A stretch of 32,000 bases of DNA from Labrys sp. (in: a-proteobacteria) (lineage in GTDB: Bacteria; Pseudomonadota; Alphaproteobacteria; Rhizobiales; Labraceae). Both the position numbers and the translations under genes were made by a program. The stretch is taken from contig JBKDKQ010000063.1 in the NCBI GenBank assembly GCA_046344875.1, forward strand, positions 43,221-75,220, written 5' to 3'. How positions within the stretch are numbered: position 1 is the stretch's first letter; every line of letters begins with the position of its first letter. This document shows, in pieces, positions 16,308 to 25,107 of the stretch. The notes under the pieces are model-generated. The model was not told where the DNA came from, ran no database searches, and saw only the letters and a list, made by a program, of their open reading frames with translations.

Positions 16308-18083
16308 ATGACGATCACGGCGGATCAGCCTTCCAAGGCCGGGCGACCCGCGCCGTCGCGCCCATCCGAGGTCGCCGCCGCGATGCGCCGACGCTGGCGC
16401 GACTATCTCGGCGTCGGCATTTTTTCGGCGGCCGTCAGCCTGCTCATGCTGACCGGCTCACTCTACATGCTGCAGGTCTATGACCGGGTTCTCGTCAGCC
16501 ACAGCGTCGACACGCTGATCGGGCTGTCGCTGATCGCGCTCGTCGCCTTCGTCCTGCAGGGATTTCTCGACACGCTGCGCGCCCGCATGCTGGCGCGGAT
16601 TGGCGCGGATTTCTCGCAGGAACTCGCCCCGCGCGTCTTCGACATCGCGGCCCGGCTGCCGCTCGCGGCCGGCGCGGCGGCCGAACGCGTCGATCCGGTG
16701 CGCGAACTCGACAGCGTTCGCCTGTTCCTGTCCGGTTTCGGGCCGACGGCGCTGTTCGACATCCCGTTCATGCCGCTGTTCTTCGTTGCGACCTTTCTTC
16801 TCCATCCGCTCCTCGGCATGATGGTGATTGGCGGCGGCGTGGTGCTGATCGGCTTGACGCTTGCCGCCGATTGGCGGGCGCGTGGACCCTCCTGGGCGCT
16901 TGCCCAGAGCAACCAGCAGCGCAATCGCGTGATGGACACGACCCGCCGTCACATTGAGGCGATCGAGGCCATGGGTATGCGCGCGGCCCTGCGCGACCGC
17001 TGGCTGACGCAGGAAGGCGCCAGCCGCCGCGATGGCGTCGTGGTGGCCGACGCCTCGGGCGGCATCGGTGCCTTCGCAAAAGTGTTCCGGCTGATGCTGC
17101 AGTCCGCCATTCTGGGGACCGGCGCCTACCTCGCCATGGAGCAGCAGCTCTCGCCCGGCGGCATGATCGCCGCCTCCATCATGGCGGCGCGGGCGCTCGC
17201 GCCGGTCGAGACCGCACTCGCCAATTGGCGCGGCTTTCTGCAGGCGCGACAGGGCTACGCCGTGCTGAGCCGGCTGTTTCAGCAGTTTCCGCCCGAGGGT
17301 CGGCGTCTCCGTCTGCCGGTCCCGAAGGCAGGACTCGTCCTCGACGACGCGACGGTCGCAGCTCCTGGATCCGCGACCCCGATCATCCAGAATGCGAGCC
17401 TGAGCGTCATGGCCGGACAGGCACTCGCCGTGATCGGCCCGAGCGCCTCCGGCAAGTCGACCCTCGCGCGTGCCCTCGTCGGCGTCTGGCCGGTGACGCG
17501 GGGTACCATCCGCCTCGACGGTGCCGAGCTGCAGCACTGGGATCGACGCGACCTCGGCCGTCATGTCGGCTATCTGCCGCAGGATGTCGGCCTGTTCGAC
17601 GCGACGGTCGCCGAGATCATCGCCCGCTTCGACTCTGAGGCGACGCCCGAAACCATCGTGGCGGCCGCCAAGGCCGCGGGCGCGCACGACATGATCCTGT
17701 CGCTGCCGGATGGCTACGAGACCCGGCTCGGCGATGGAGGAACCGCGGTCTCGGGTGGTCAGCGCCAGCGTCTCGCGCTCGCGCGCGCGCTCTATCGCGA
17801 CCCCTTCCTCGTCATTCTCGACGAGCCGAACTCGAACCTCGACAGCGACGGTGATGTCGCCCTGAACGCTGCGATCCAGTCGGTGCGGGCGCGCGGCGGC
17901 ATCGTGGTGATGATCACCCATCGCCCCTCCGCGCTGACCCATGTCGATCTCGTCGCGTTGATGGCGCAAGGTCGCATCCAGTCCTTCGGCGCACGCGACG
18001 AGGTGCTGCGCCAGTTGCAGCGTCCCGCCGCCGCAGCGCGCGTCACGCCGCTGCGTGCCGCGGGCGGGGCGGAGCGGGCATGA
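16308..18083 (+). CDS. Type I secretion system permease/ATPase, PrtD/AprD/PrsD family (no C39 peptidase domain)
   Basis: 591 aa. Family-typical N-terminal LYMLQVYDRVL, about 6 TM spans, Walker A GPSASGKST, signature VSGGQRQR, Walker B LVILDEPNSNLD. Confidence 0.9.
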   Translation: MTITADQPSKAGRPAPSRPSEVAAAMRRRWRDYLGVGIFSAAVSLLMLTGSLYMLQVYDRVLVSHSVDTLIGLSLIALVAFVLQGFLDTLRARMLARIGADFSQELAPRVFDIAARLPLAAGAAAERVDPVRELDSVRLFLSGFGPTALFDIPFMPLFFVATFLLHPLLGMMVIGGGVVLIGLTLAADWRARGPSWALAQSNQQRNRVMDTTRRHIEAIEAMGMRAALRDRWLTQEGASRRDGVVVADASGGIGAFAKVFRLMLQSAILGTGAYLAMEQQLSPGGMIAASIMAARALAPVETALANWRGFLQARQGYAVLSRLFQQFPPEGRRLRLPVPKAGLVLDDATVAAPGSATPIIQNASLSVMAGQALAVIGPSASGKSTLARALVGVWPVTRGTIRLDGAELQHWDRRDLGRHVGYLPQDVGLFDATVAEIIARFDSEATPETIVAAAKAAGAHDMILSLPDGYETRLGDGGTAVSGGQRQRLALARALYRDPFLVILDEPNSNLDSDGDVALNAAIQSVRARGGIVVMITHRPSALTHVDLVALMAQGRIQSFGARDEVLRQLQRPAAAARVTPLRAAGGAERA

Positions 18084-19426
18084 TCGCCCGCAAGTCATCC
18101 CCCGTCGCTGCGAGGGCGCCGGCGCCGCGGATGCACTACGCCGCCTCGCTGTCGCGCCATCTGTGGACGGGGCTTGCCGCGATCGGCCTGTTCTTCGGCG
18201 GCTTCATCGTCTGGGCGGTCTTCGGCAGCTATGCGGGCGCCGTCATCGCGCCGGGTCGCCTGGTGGTCGAGAGCAATCTCCAGCAGATCCAGCACCCGTC
18301 CGGCGGCGTCGTCGCGACCATCGCCGTCAAGGATGGCGACCGCGTCGCCCGTGGCGATCTCCTGATCCGTCTCGACGACACGGTGACCCGCTCGAACCTC
18401 GCGATCCTCACCGGGCAGATCGACCAGATGGCGGCGAGGGCCGGGCGGCTGCAGGCGGAGCAGTTCGGCAACGAGACCATGACCGTCTCGCCGCTGCTCG
18501 CACCCCGCATCGACGATCCGGCCGTCAAGCAGGCGATCGGCGCCGAGATGCGGCTCCTGTCGGCCCGCAACGAGGCGGCGCGCTCGCAGAAACTGCAGTT
18601 GCGCGAGCGGATCGACCAGACGCGCGAGGAAATCGCCGGTCTCGAGGCGCAGATCGCCGCCAAGACGGCGGAGGCCGAGATCATCCGGCCGGAGCTCGAA
18701 GGCATCCGCAAGCTCTACGCCAAGAACCTCGTGCAGGTGACCAAGGTCAACGCCCTGCAGCGCGAGGCGGTGCAACTCGATGGCACGATCGGCCAGCTGC
18801 GCGCGGCGGTGGCGCAGGCGCGCGGCCAGATCGCCGAGATGGAGCAGCAGATCCTGTCGGTCGATGCCAGCCGGGTGGCGGACGCCATGCGCGAACTGCG
18901 CGAGACCGATGCCCACATCAACGAGCTCGACGAACGGCGCGCCTCGGCGCTCGATCTCCTCGCGCGCGTCGAGATCCGCGCCCCCCATGCGGGCATCGTC
19001 CATGATCTGCGGGTGCGCACCATCGGCGGCGTGATCGGTCCGGGCGAGAAGCTGATGACGATCGTGCCGGACGCCGATGGCCTCGCGATCGAGGCGCGGG
19101 TCCAGCCGGGAGACATCGACACGGTGCGGGAGGGGCAGGACGTCGAGGTCCGTCTCTCCGGTCTTAACCGGGTCACGACCCCTGAGCTTCACGGCACGGT
19201 CCGGCGCGTCGGCGCCGAACTCATCGCGGATGAAGCGACGCGCCAGCTCTTCTACCAGATCCGCGTCGAGCTGAAGCCGGGAGAGGTCGAGCGGCTCGGA
19301 CACAATGTCCGGCTCGTCCCCGGCATGCCGGCCGAGGTTTTCGTCGCGACGACACAGCACACCTTTGCCAGCTACATGATGAAGCCGATCCTCGATCGCT
19401 TCGCCCGCAGTTTCCGCGAGGAGTGA
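18080..19426 (+). CDS. HlyD-family type I secretion periplasmic adaptor
   Basis: 448 aa. ATGA overlap with the ABC gene. One N-terminal TM span (LWTGLAAIGLFFGGFIVWAVF), lipoyl-like motif (GGVVATIAVKDGDRVARGDLLIRLDD), long coiled-coil hairpin, C-terminal barrel (PGMPAEVFV). Confidence 0.9.
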   Translation: MIARKSSPVAARAPAPRMHYAASLSRHLWTGLAAIGLFFGGFIVWAVFGSYAGAVIAPGRLVVESNLQQIQHPSGGVVATIAVKDGDRVARGDLLIRLDDTVTRSNLAILTGQIDQMAARAGRLQAEQFGNETMTVSPLLAPRIDDPAVKQAIGAEMRLLSARNEAARSQKLQLRERIDQTREEIAGLEAQIAAKTAEAEIIRPELEGIRKLYAKNLVQVTKVNALQREAVQLDGTIGQLRAAVAQARGQIAEMEQQILSVDASRVADAMRELRETDAHINELDERRASALDLLARVEIRAPHAGIVHDLRVRTIGGVIGPGEKLMTIVPDADGLAIEARVQPGDIDTVREGQDVEVRLSGLNRVTTPELHGTVRRVGAELIADEATRQLFYQIRVELKPGEVERLGHNVRLVPGMPAEVFVATTQHTFASYMMKPILDRFARSFREE

Positions 19427-19517
19427 GGCACGCCTGAGCGTATCGATGCCGTGCGTCTCGGCACAGAGGTGGGCGAGTGGTCCGGGCAAGCAGGGTCAAA
19501 ATCTGCCGGGATCCGCC

Positions 19518-19829
19518 ATGCACCCTCGTCTCCTCCTCGCCGCCGCCCTCGCCCTCCTCCTCGGCACCGTGCCCGGTTCGGCGACCGAATTCTGCCATCT
19601 GCGCGAGACCGCCGACGGTTTCGTGGCGCTGCGGGCCGGCCCGAGCAAGGCGGCAAAGCTGATCGCCCGGATGAAGCCCGAGGACGAGGTCATGCCCGGC
19701 CTCGAAACGAGTGGACCCTGGCTCTCGGTCACCTGGTGGCCCGGCCTCAGCCGGCTCGAGGAGCGAGGCTTGGACCGCGGGGTCAAAGGCTGGGTGCACG
19801 GTTCCCTGATCGACGACATGTGCGGGTGA
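19518..19829 (+). CDS. Small secreted protein with bacterial SH3-like pattern
   Basis: 103 aa from ATG 19518. Sec signal MHPRLLLAAALALLLGTVPGSA. Mature part contains GFVALRAGPSKAAKLIARMKPEDEV...GPWLSVTWW (SH3b-like). Cys near each end (TEFC..., ...DDMCG). Confidence 0.6.
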   Translation: MHPRLLLAAALALLLGTVPGSATEFCHLRETADGFVALRAGPSKAAKLIARMKPEDEVMPGLETSGPWLSVTWWPGLSRLEERGLDRGVKGWVHGSLIDDMCG

Positions 19830-19859
19830 GGCATCGGTCCGCCGCGACGCGTCACCCGT

Positions 19860-21359
19860 TCACGGTGCGGATCGCGGCGGCAGCGTCGTGTCGATCTGCG
19901 CCAGCATCATCGTGAAGAACGGGTTCCAGGTCATTCGGTTGAACTGGTCGAGCCCGATCACGAGCACGCCGAACTCACCAAGCGTCGACAGGGCGCCGAG
20001 GTGAATGCCGACCCGGTCCGCCGGATCCGGTCGGCGGCCATAGAGCCCGTCCGTCTCAGGAAAGGGCAGCGCGACATGCGAGAGCGAGAAAACGTCGCGC
20101 GGATAGGTCACGCCGAGCGGCCGGATTTCCTCGACCGAGGCACCGGCGGCGGTGTCGCGCACCACGACGGTGGGGTCGTTCGGTGCCGCGTTGGTGACGA
20201 CGAGGGTACGATAGGCGCGGGGCGGGGCCGGCAGCAGGCGGTCCAGGATGGTGTCCTTGGTCGGTCGGAACAAGGGTCCGACCTGCGCCGCCCGGTTCAG
20301 GTCGAACAGCACCAGTTCGCTGCCGTTCGGCGGCAGGCGTTCGTAGAAACTGCGGATCACGGCCTGGGTGCTCACCGTATGGTCGACGATCGACTGGAAG
20401 GTGAGGATCGGCGGCAGCCGCGAAAGGGCGCCGGATGCCGACAGGCGGGTCATCCTCGCCTGCATCGCGACCGTCAGGGCATGGGCCTGCACCGCCGCGT
20501 TCACGGGGAAGGAGTTGTACTTGTAGGGGTTGTATTCCGGCAGCGTCGAGAACCAGGCGGCGCGCAGGAAGGACGGGAAGACCGACGGCCAGCCGGCGAT
20601 ACCGGCAAAGCGCGCGAATTCCGTGATGCCGAGCATCGGCGACAGAAGGACCACTTGCGTCGGGCGCGCCAGTCCCTCCGTCTCGAGGCTCGACAGCGTG
20701 TAGTCGACGGCGAGCGCGCCGCCATTCGAATAGCCGACGAGATGCAGCGGCTTGCCGGGGCCGGCAAGCCTCACCGCCTCGCGGACGGCGAGCCGCACGG
20801 CCGCCGCCCAGCTCTGCCAGGTCGCGTCAGTCAGCCCCGCCGGCACCGTGCCGTGACCCGGCACCCGCAGGAGCACTGCGACAAAGCCACGGGTCCGATA
20901 ATGTTCGGCGAGATGGCGATGACTGTAGGGTGCGTCGGTGAGACCGTGGATGAAGACCGCAGCGCCGACCGGAGCACCCTCCGGCATCAGAATGGCGGAC
21001 CGGTTCCAGTCCTTCGTCTGGCCGGCGTTGTGGATGGGGCTGCCAGCGTAGTAGCGGTTCTCCGGTGTCTGAAACTCCGGCTCGAGCGCGTCGGTGACAT
21101 TGGCACGGACGTCCGCGAAGATGCGCGTCTCCGCCGCCATCCAGTCGGCCCAGCTTGCCCGGTCGATCGCATCCGCGTCGAGTTCCTCCGGAACGAACAG
21201 GTGCCATGGCGCGAGGGGTGGTCCGGTGACCGCGTCGAAGACACGGACGCCGAAGACGCCGACGAGCACGAGGATGATGGCCGCGGCGAAATAGTACACG
21301 ACCCGGTAGCCGAGACGCGTCAGGGCGGCAGACAGGCGGCGCAGCAGGCTCGGCTTCAT
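19860..21359 (-). CDS. Membrane-anchored alpha/beta hydrolase (lipase/esterase-like)
   Basis: N-terminal TM span (VVYYFAAAIILVLVGVFGV), nucleophile elbow VGYSNGGAL (GxSxG), and HGLTD upstream as an oxyanion-hole-like region. ATG 21359 (agaggg SD) is preferred over the GTG at 21362. Confidence 0.8.
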   Translation of the reverse strand: MKPSLLRRLSAALTRLGYRVVYYFAAAIILVLVGVFGVRVFDAVTGPPLAPWHLFVPEELDADAIDRASWADWMAAETRIFADVRANVTDALEPEFQTPENRYYAGSPIHNAGQTKDWNRSAILMPEGAPVGAAVFIHGLTDAPYSHRHLAEHYRTRGFVAVLLRVPGHGTVPAGLTDATWQSWAAAVRLAVREAVRLAGPGKPLHLVGYSNGGALAVDYTLSSLETEGLARPTQVVLLSPMLGITEFARFAGIAGWPSVFPSFLRAAWFSTLPEYNPYKYNSFPVNAAVQAHALTVAMQARMTRLSASGALSRLPPILTFQSIVDHTVSTQAVIRSFYERLPPNGSELVLFDLNRAAQVGPLFRPTKDTILDRLLPAPPRAYRTLVVTNAAPNDPTVVVRDTAAGASVEEIRPLGVTYPRDVFSLSHVALPFPETDGLYGRRPDPADRVGIHLGALSTLGEFGVLVIGLDQFNRMTWNPFFTMMLAQIDTTLPPRSAP

Positions 21360-21550
21360 CACATCCCTCTAACACTGGGGCTTCCGCGCGGATCGCGCGC
21401 CGGCACCCGGCCGGTGCGCCGTCGGCGCCCGCCGCCGCCCCGCAACGGAACACGAAGCCGGGTCAATCGGCAACCGGCGCGAGCGTGTGGCTGCGGCTTG
21501 ACGCACCCGCGCAGACGCGATCCTCTCACGATCGGACACGGGGGACGACC

Positions 21551-22318
21551 ATGAGCTGGACGGATCGATTCTCGCTTGCGGGAAAGCGCGCGCTGGTGAC
21601 CGGGGCCGCGGGAGGCATCGGCAGCCAGATCTGCTCGGTGCTGGCCGACGCCGGCGCCGACATTGCCGGGCTCGACCGCGACGAGGCGGGTCTCGATGCG
21701 ACCGGCGCGGTCGTCGCCCGGCATGGCCGGCGCTACGTCAGCGCCGTGGCCGATCTCGCGGACGCCGCCGATACGGTGCGCGCGGCGAAGGCCTGCCTCG
21801 ACGCCTTCGGGACGATCGACATTCTCGTCAACAATGCCGGCATCGCCATCATCGAGCCGGTGCTCGAGACCAGCATCGCCAATTGGGACCTGACGATGGC
21901 GATCAATCTGCGCGCGCCCTTCCTGATCGCGCAGGTGCTGGCACCAGCCATGATCGCGCAGAAATCGGGCAAGATCATCAACATCTCCTCGCAGGCCGGC
22001 GTCATCGCCATCGAGGGCCACGCCTCCTACTCCGCCTCGAAAGGCGGCCTCAATCTCCTTACCAAGGTGATGATGAGCGAGTGGGCCCGTCACAACGTGC
22101 AGGTCAATGCGGTCTGCCCAACGATCATTCTCACGCCACTCGGCGAGAAGGTCTGGGGCGACCCGGCCAAGGGCAAGCCGATGCTCGACCGCACGCCTCT
22201 GGGGAGATTCGGCAAGCCGATCGAGGTCGCGGACCTCGTCCTGTTCCTCTCCTCGCCAGCCTCCGACCTGATCAACGGCGAATGTGTGCTGATCGACGCG
22301 GGCTTCACCTCGATCTGA
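21551..22318 (+). CDS. SDR-family oxidoreductase
   Basis: ATG 21551. VTGAAGGIGSQ, NNAGI, YSASKGGLNLLTK (YxxxK). 255 aa. The upstream part of ORF 21485 has no support. Confidence 0.85.
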   Translation: MSWTDRFSLAGKRALVTGAAGGIGSQICSVLADAGADIAGLDRDEAGLDATGAVVARHGRRYVSAVADLADAADTVRAAKACLDAFGTIDILVNNAGIAIIEPVLETSIANWDLTMAINLRAPFLIAQVLAPAMIAQKSGKIINISSQAGVIAIEGHASYSASKGGLNLLTKVMMSEWARHNVQVNAVCPTIILTPLGEKVWGDPAKGKPMLDRTPLGRFGKPIEVADLVLFLSSPASDLINGECVLIDAGFTSI

Positions 22319-22434
22319 GGTGTTCGCTCGCCATTGCGGTACCAGCGCGGCGTTCTACGCCTTGCCAAGGTGATTTGACCGGCCCACACTCGCGATGGTT
22401 CGCCGATGGCGGACCCACAATCCGGGAGAATCCC

Positions 22435-22911
22435 ATGCGCTTCCTGTCGCTCGCCGTCGCAGCCCTCGCCGCCTCCTTCGCCCTGTCCTCGCCAGCGGAA
22501 GCGCGGCGCGGCCTCAATGTCGGCATTCTGCGCTGTGTGGTCGAACCGACCATGGGCTTGCTGATCGGCTCCTCGACAGCCGTCAACTGCCGGTTCGAGC
22601 CGTCGGGGGGCGGGCGCACCGGCTCCTTCACCGGGCGCGTCGTCACGGTGGGACTCAGCATCGGCTTCACCTCGCGCACGAATGTGAGCTGGCTCGTGAT
22701 CGCACCCGGCAAGGTGAAGCCCCAGGCGATCGAAGGCGATTATGTCGGCGCCTCCGCCAATGCGTCGGTCATCCTCGGGCTTGGCGCCAATGCGCTCGTC
22801 GGTGGCTTCCAGGATTCGATCGGTCTGCAGCCCCTCAGCGTCCAGGCCCAGACCGGCCTGAACTTCGCACTCGGCGCGACGAGCCTGAGCCTGCGCTACA
22901 CGGGGCGGTGA
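22435..22911 (+). CDS. DUF992-family secreted protein
   Basis: ATG 22435 follows gggag. Signal peptide MRFLSLAVAALAASFALSSPAEA. The mature region (VGILRCVVEPTMGLLIGSSTAVNCRFEP...FTGRVVTVGLSIGFT) matches the DUF992 pattern I recall from Rhizobiales. Confidence 0.7.
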   Translation: MRFLSLAVAALAASFALSSPAEARRGLNVGILRCVVEPTMGLLIGSSTAVNCRFEPSGGGRTGSFTGRVVTVGLSIGFTSRTNVSWLVIAPGKVKPQAIEGDYVGASANASVILGLGANALVGGFQDSIGLQPLSVQAQTGLNFALGATSLSLRYTGR

Positions 22912-22995
22912 CTCTGGCATAATGCGCTGGAGCCGTCTTGACGACGTGCCGCCATCGCAGCCTGCAGACGCCAGCGAACGGGGCAGGAGGCAGAC

Positions 22996-23916
22996 GTGAG
23001 CGGGCCCGCTGCGTCAAAGGCCGGGAGGCCAGCGCTCGCGCTGGCCAGACGACTGGTTCGTGCCCCCTTCGTGCTGCGTGCGGTCGTCCGCGACAGGCTG
23101 GTGGAACGCCAGTGCGAACATGATCTCGCGATCTGCGCGATTTTCCGCGAGGAAGCGCCCTTCCTGTCGGAATGGATCGATTTCCATCGCGGTGTCGGCG
23201 TCAGTCATTTCTTCCTCTACAATAACTTCTCGACCGACGGCTATGAGGCGGTGCTCGCGCCGTACGTTACGGCAGGCTGCGTCACGGTAAAGAACTGGCC
23301 GGTTCCTGTCGGGCAGCTCTCGGCTTATGCCGACTGCATCAGGACATCGTGGCGGCGTGCCCGTTGGATCGCCCTGATCGACATAGACGAGTTCCTGTTC
23401 TCGCCGACCACCATCGATATCCGCCCGATCCTGCGGCGCTATGTCGACAATCCGGGCCTTGCCGTTTGGCAGGCCTTCTATGGTTCTTCGGGACACCAAC
23501 GGCAACCCGAGGGGTCGATCCTCGAGGCCTATACGCAGCGTGGCCCCCTTTCCGTGACGACCGTCAAATCGATCATCAATCCTCGGCGGGTCTACAAGCC
23601 CGGTATTCACGTCTCAAAGTATTGGTCGGGCGACGCGCTGGACACGCAGCACCGAACGATCGTGCAAGGCCTTTCGCCCGTTCTCGATCTTCTGCGGATC
23701 AACCATTACTGGTCGCGCTCGATCGAGGATCTGGAGACGAAGATCAGTCGGGGTGATGCGTCGACGAGCGCCGCGCGTGATCGCGATTGGCACCTTGCCT
23801 ACGAGGCGAGACTGAACGCGGAAAGCGACGCGAGCATTCTGCCGATAGCCCGGGCCATCCGCGCCGGTCGTGGCGTCTCCGGATCGAACGCGCCGGTCAC
23901 GGCTGCCCCCGCGTGA
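22996..23916 (+). CDS. Glycosyltransferase, GT92/GT2-like fold
   Basis: GTG start 6 nt after aggagg. AICAIFREEAPFLSEWIDFHRGVGVSHFFLYNNFSTD and the DxD-type LIDIDEFLF are typical of Glyco_transf_92-like bacterial proteins (recalled, not searched). Confidence 0.65.
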   Translation: MSGPAASKAGRPALALARRLVRAPFVLRAVVRDRLVERQCEHDLAICAIFREEAPFLSEWIDFHRGVGVSHFFLYNNFSTDGYEAVLAPYVTAGCVTVKNWPVPVGQLSAYADCIRTSWRRARWIALIDIDEFLFSPTTIDIRPILRRYVDNPGLAVWQAFYGSSGHQRQPEGSILEAYTQRGPLSVTTVKSIINPRRVYKPGIHVSKYWSGDALDTQHRTIVQGLSPVLDLLRINHYWSRSIEDLETKISRGDASTSAARDRDWHLAYEARLNAESDASILPIARAIRAGRGVSGSNAPVTAAPA

Positions 23917-24973
23917 TCGCAAGCGCCTCGCTGACCATGTGGCGGGCGATGGCCACGGGTGTGTGGTGCTCCAGAACGTGTCGCCTTGCCGCCTCCGCCA
24001 TATGGGCAAGGCGCGGTTTGTCGGCGAGCGCGGCGCGAACGACGCGCGACAGGGCGCCCGGCTCGACGTCGTAGTGCAGCACGTGAACGCCGTCCTCGAG
24101 CGGTCGATGGCGCTCGATCGTCGGGCGGTTCTGCACGGCGACACTGCCGCAGAGCGCTGCCTCATAGGTGCGGAAGCAGTCCCAGCCGAGACCCTCCGGC
24201 GACCAGACGAGATGAGCGCTCGCACAGCGCCGCAGGAACTCGCCGCGCGGCAGGGGCGCCTCGGGAATGTCGATGCGCAGACCGGTCTCGCGCAAGGCCG
24301 AGAGCTCGGCGATCCCCCGCGCCCGCACCGTCGAGGAGGCGTGGACCTGTCCGGCAAAGAACACGTCGGCGGTCTTCTGCGACGCCGGCACTGGCACGGC
24401 GTCCGGGTGGTCGAGTGTGCCGAAGGGGAGACCAAGCGCGATCGGTCGAAACTTGTCGATACGCTCCCGGTGTCGTTCCACGGTACGGTAGCGCGGTGTC
24501 GGCACACGCCCCGACGGTCCGCCCATGAACAGCTGCCAGCGGTCGACCGGAAGTTCGCGCTTGAAATAGACGCGGGCCCGGTCAAGCAGCGGCAGCGTGT
24601 GGCGGGCGATCAGCGGCGCATCACCGCTGTCCCAGACCGCGACGGGAATGTCGGACGCGAGCCGCACGAGCAGCTGTGCCCATCCGCGCGACAGAGCCGG
24701 GCGACCGCGCAGCGTCGAGCGGCGGAACAGCGCGCGCGACAGCCCGTCGAGCGACAGCGGCGATGAGGGTGCCGGCTGTACCACGATGAGATCGGATTCC
24801 TGGCTGCGCAGAAGCCGCAGGAGCCGGGGCAGGGCGGCGAGCGTGACGTGGCGATCGCCGGGCGCGAGGTCGCCGGGCCGGTCTGGAAAGGTTGAGAAAA
24901 ACGTCGTCGTCGCCGGGAAGGCATGTCGGATCAGCGGCACCTCGCCGATCTCGATGATGCGGGGCTCAGCCAT
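23897..24973 (-). CDS. Glycosyltransferase with GT1-like C-terminal domain
   Basis: 358 aa. The ATG is preceded by ggagg. The C-terminal half (FFAGQV...SPEGLGWDCFRTYEAALCGSVAV...GVHVLHY...) resembles Glyco_trans_1_2-type domains. Its 3' end overlaps the convergent GT gene by 20 bp. Confidence 0.55.
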   Translation of the reverse strand: MAEPRIIEIGEVPLIRHAFPATTTFFSTFPDRPGDLAPGDRHVTLAALPRLLRLLRSQESDLIVVQPAPSSPLSLDGLSRALFRRSTLRGRPALSRGWAQLLVRLASDIPVAVWDSGDAPLIARHTLPLLDRARVYFKRELPVDRWQLFMGGPSGRVPTPRYRTVERHRERIDKFRPIALGLPFGTLDHPDAVPVPASQKTADVFFAGQVHASSTVRARGIAELSALRETGLRIDIPEAPLPRGEFLRRCASAHLVWSPEGLGWDCFRTYEAALCGSVAVQNRPTIERHRPLEDGVHVLHYDVEPGALSRVVRAALADKPRLAHMAEAARRHVLEHHTPVAIARHMVSEALAITRGQP

Positions 24974-25107
24974 TCATCCTCCCGGGGGCACCTGGCGAGC
25001 CATCCACCGCCAAAACGCCCGATCGACCGGTGGTGATGGGTTCGGTGTGGTGTCCGACGGCGCCGTGTCCTACCACAGACAGGTCAAGCAGGACGGGTCA
25101 AGCTCTG

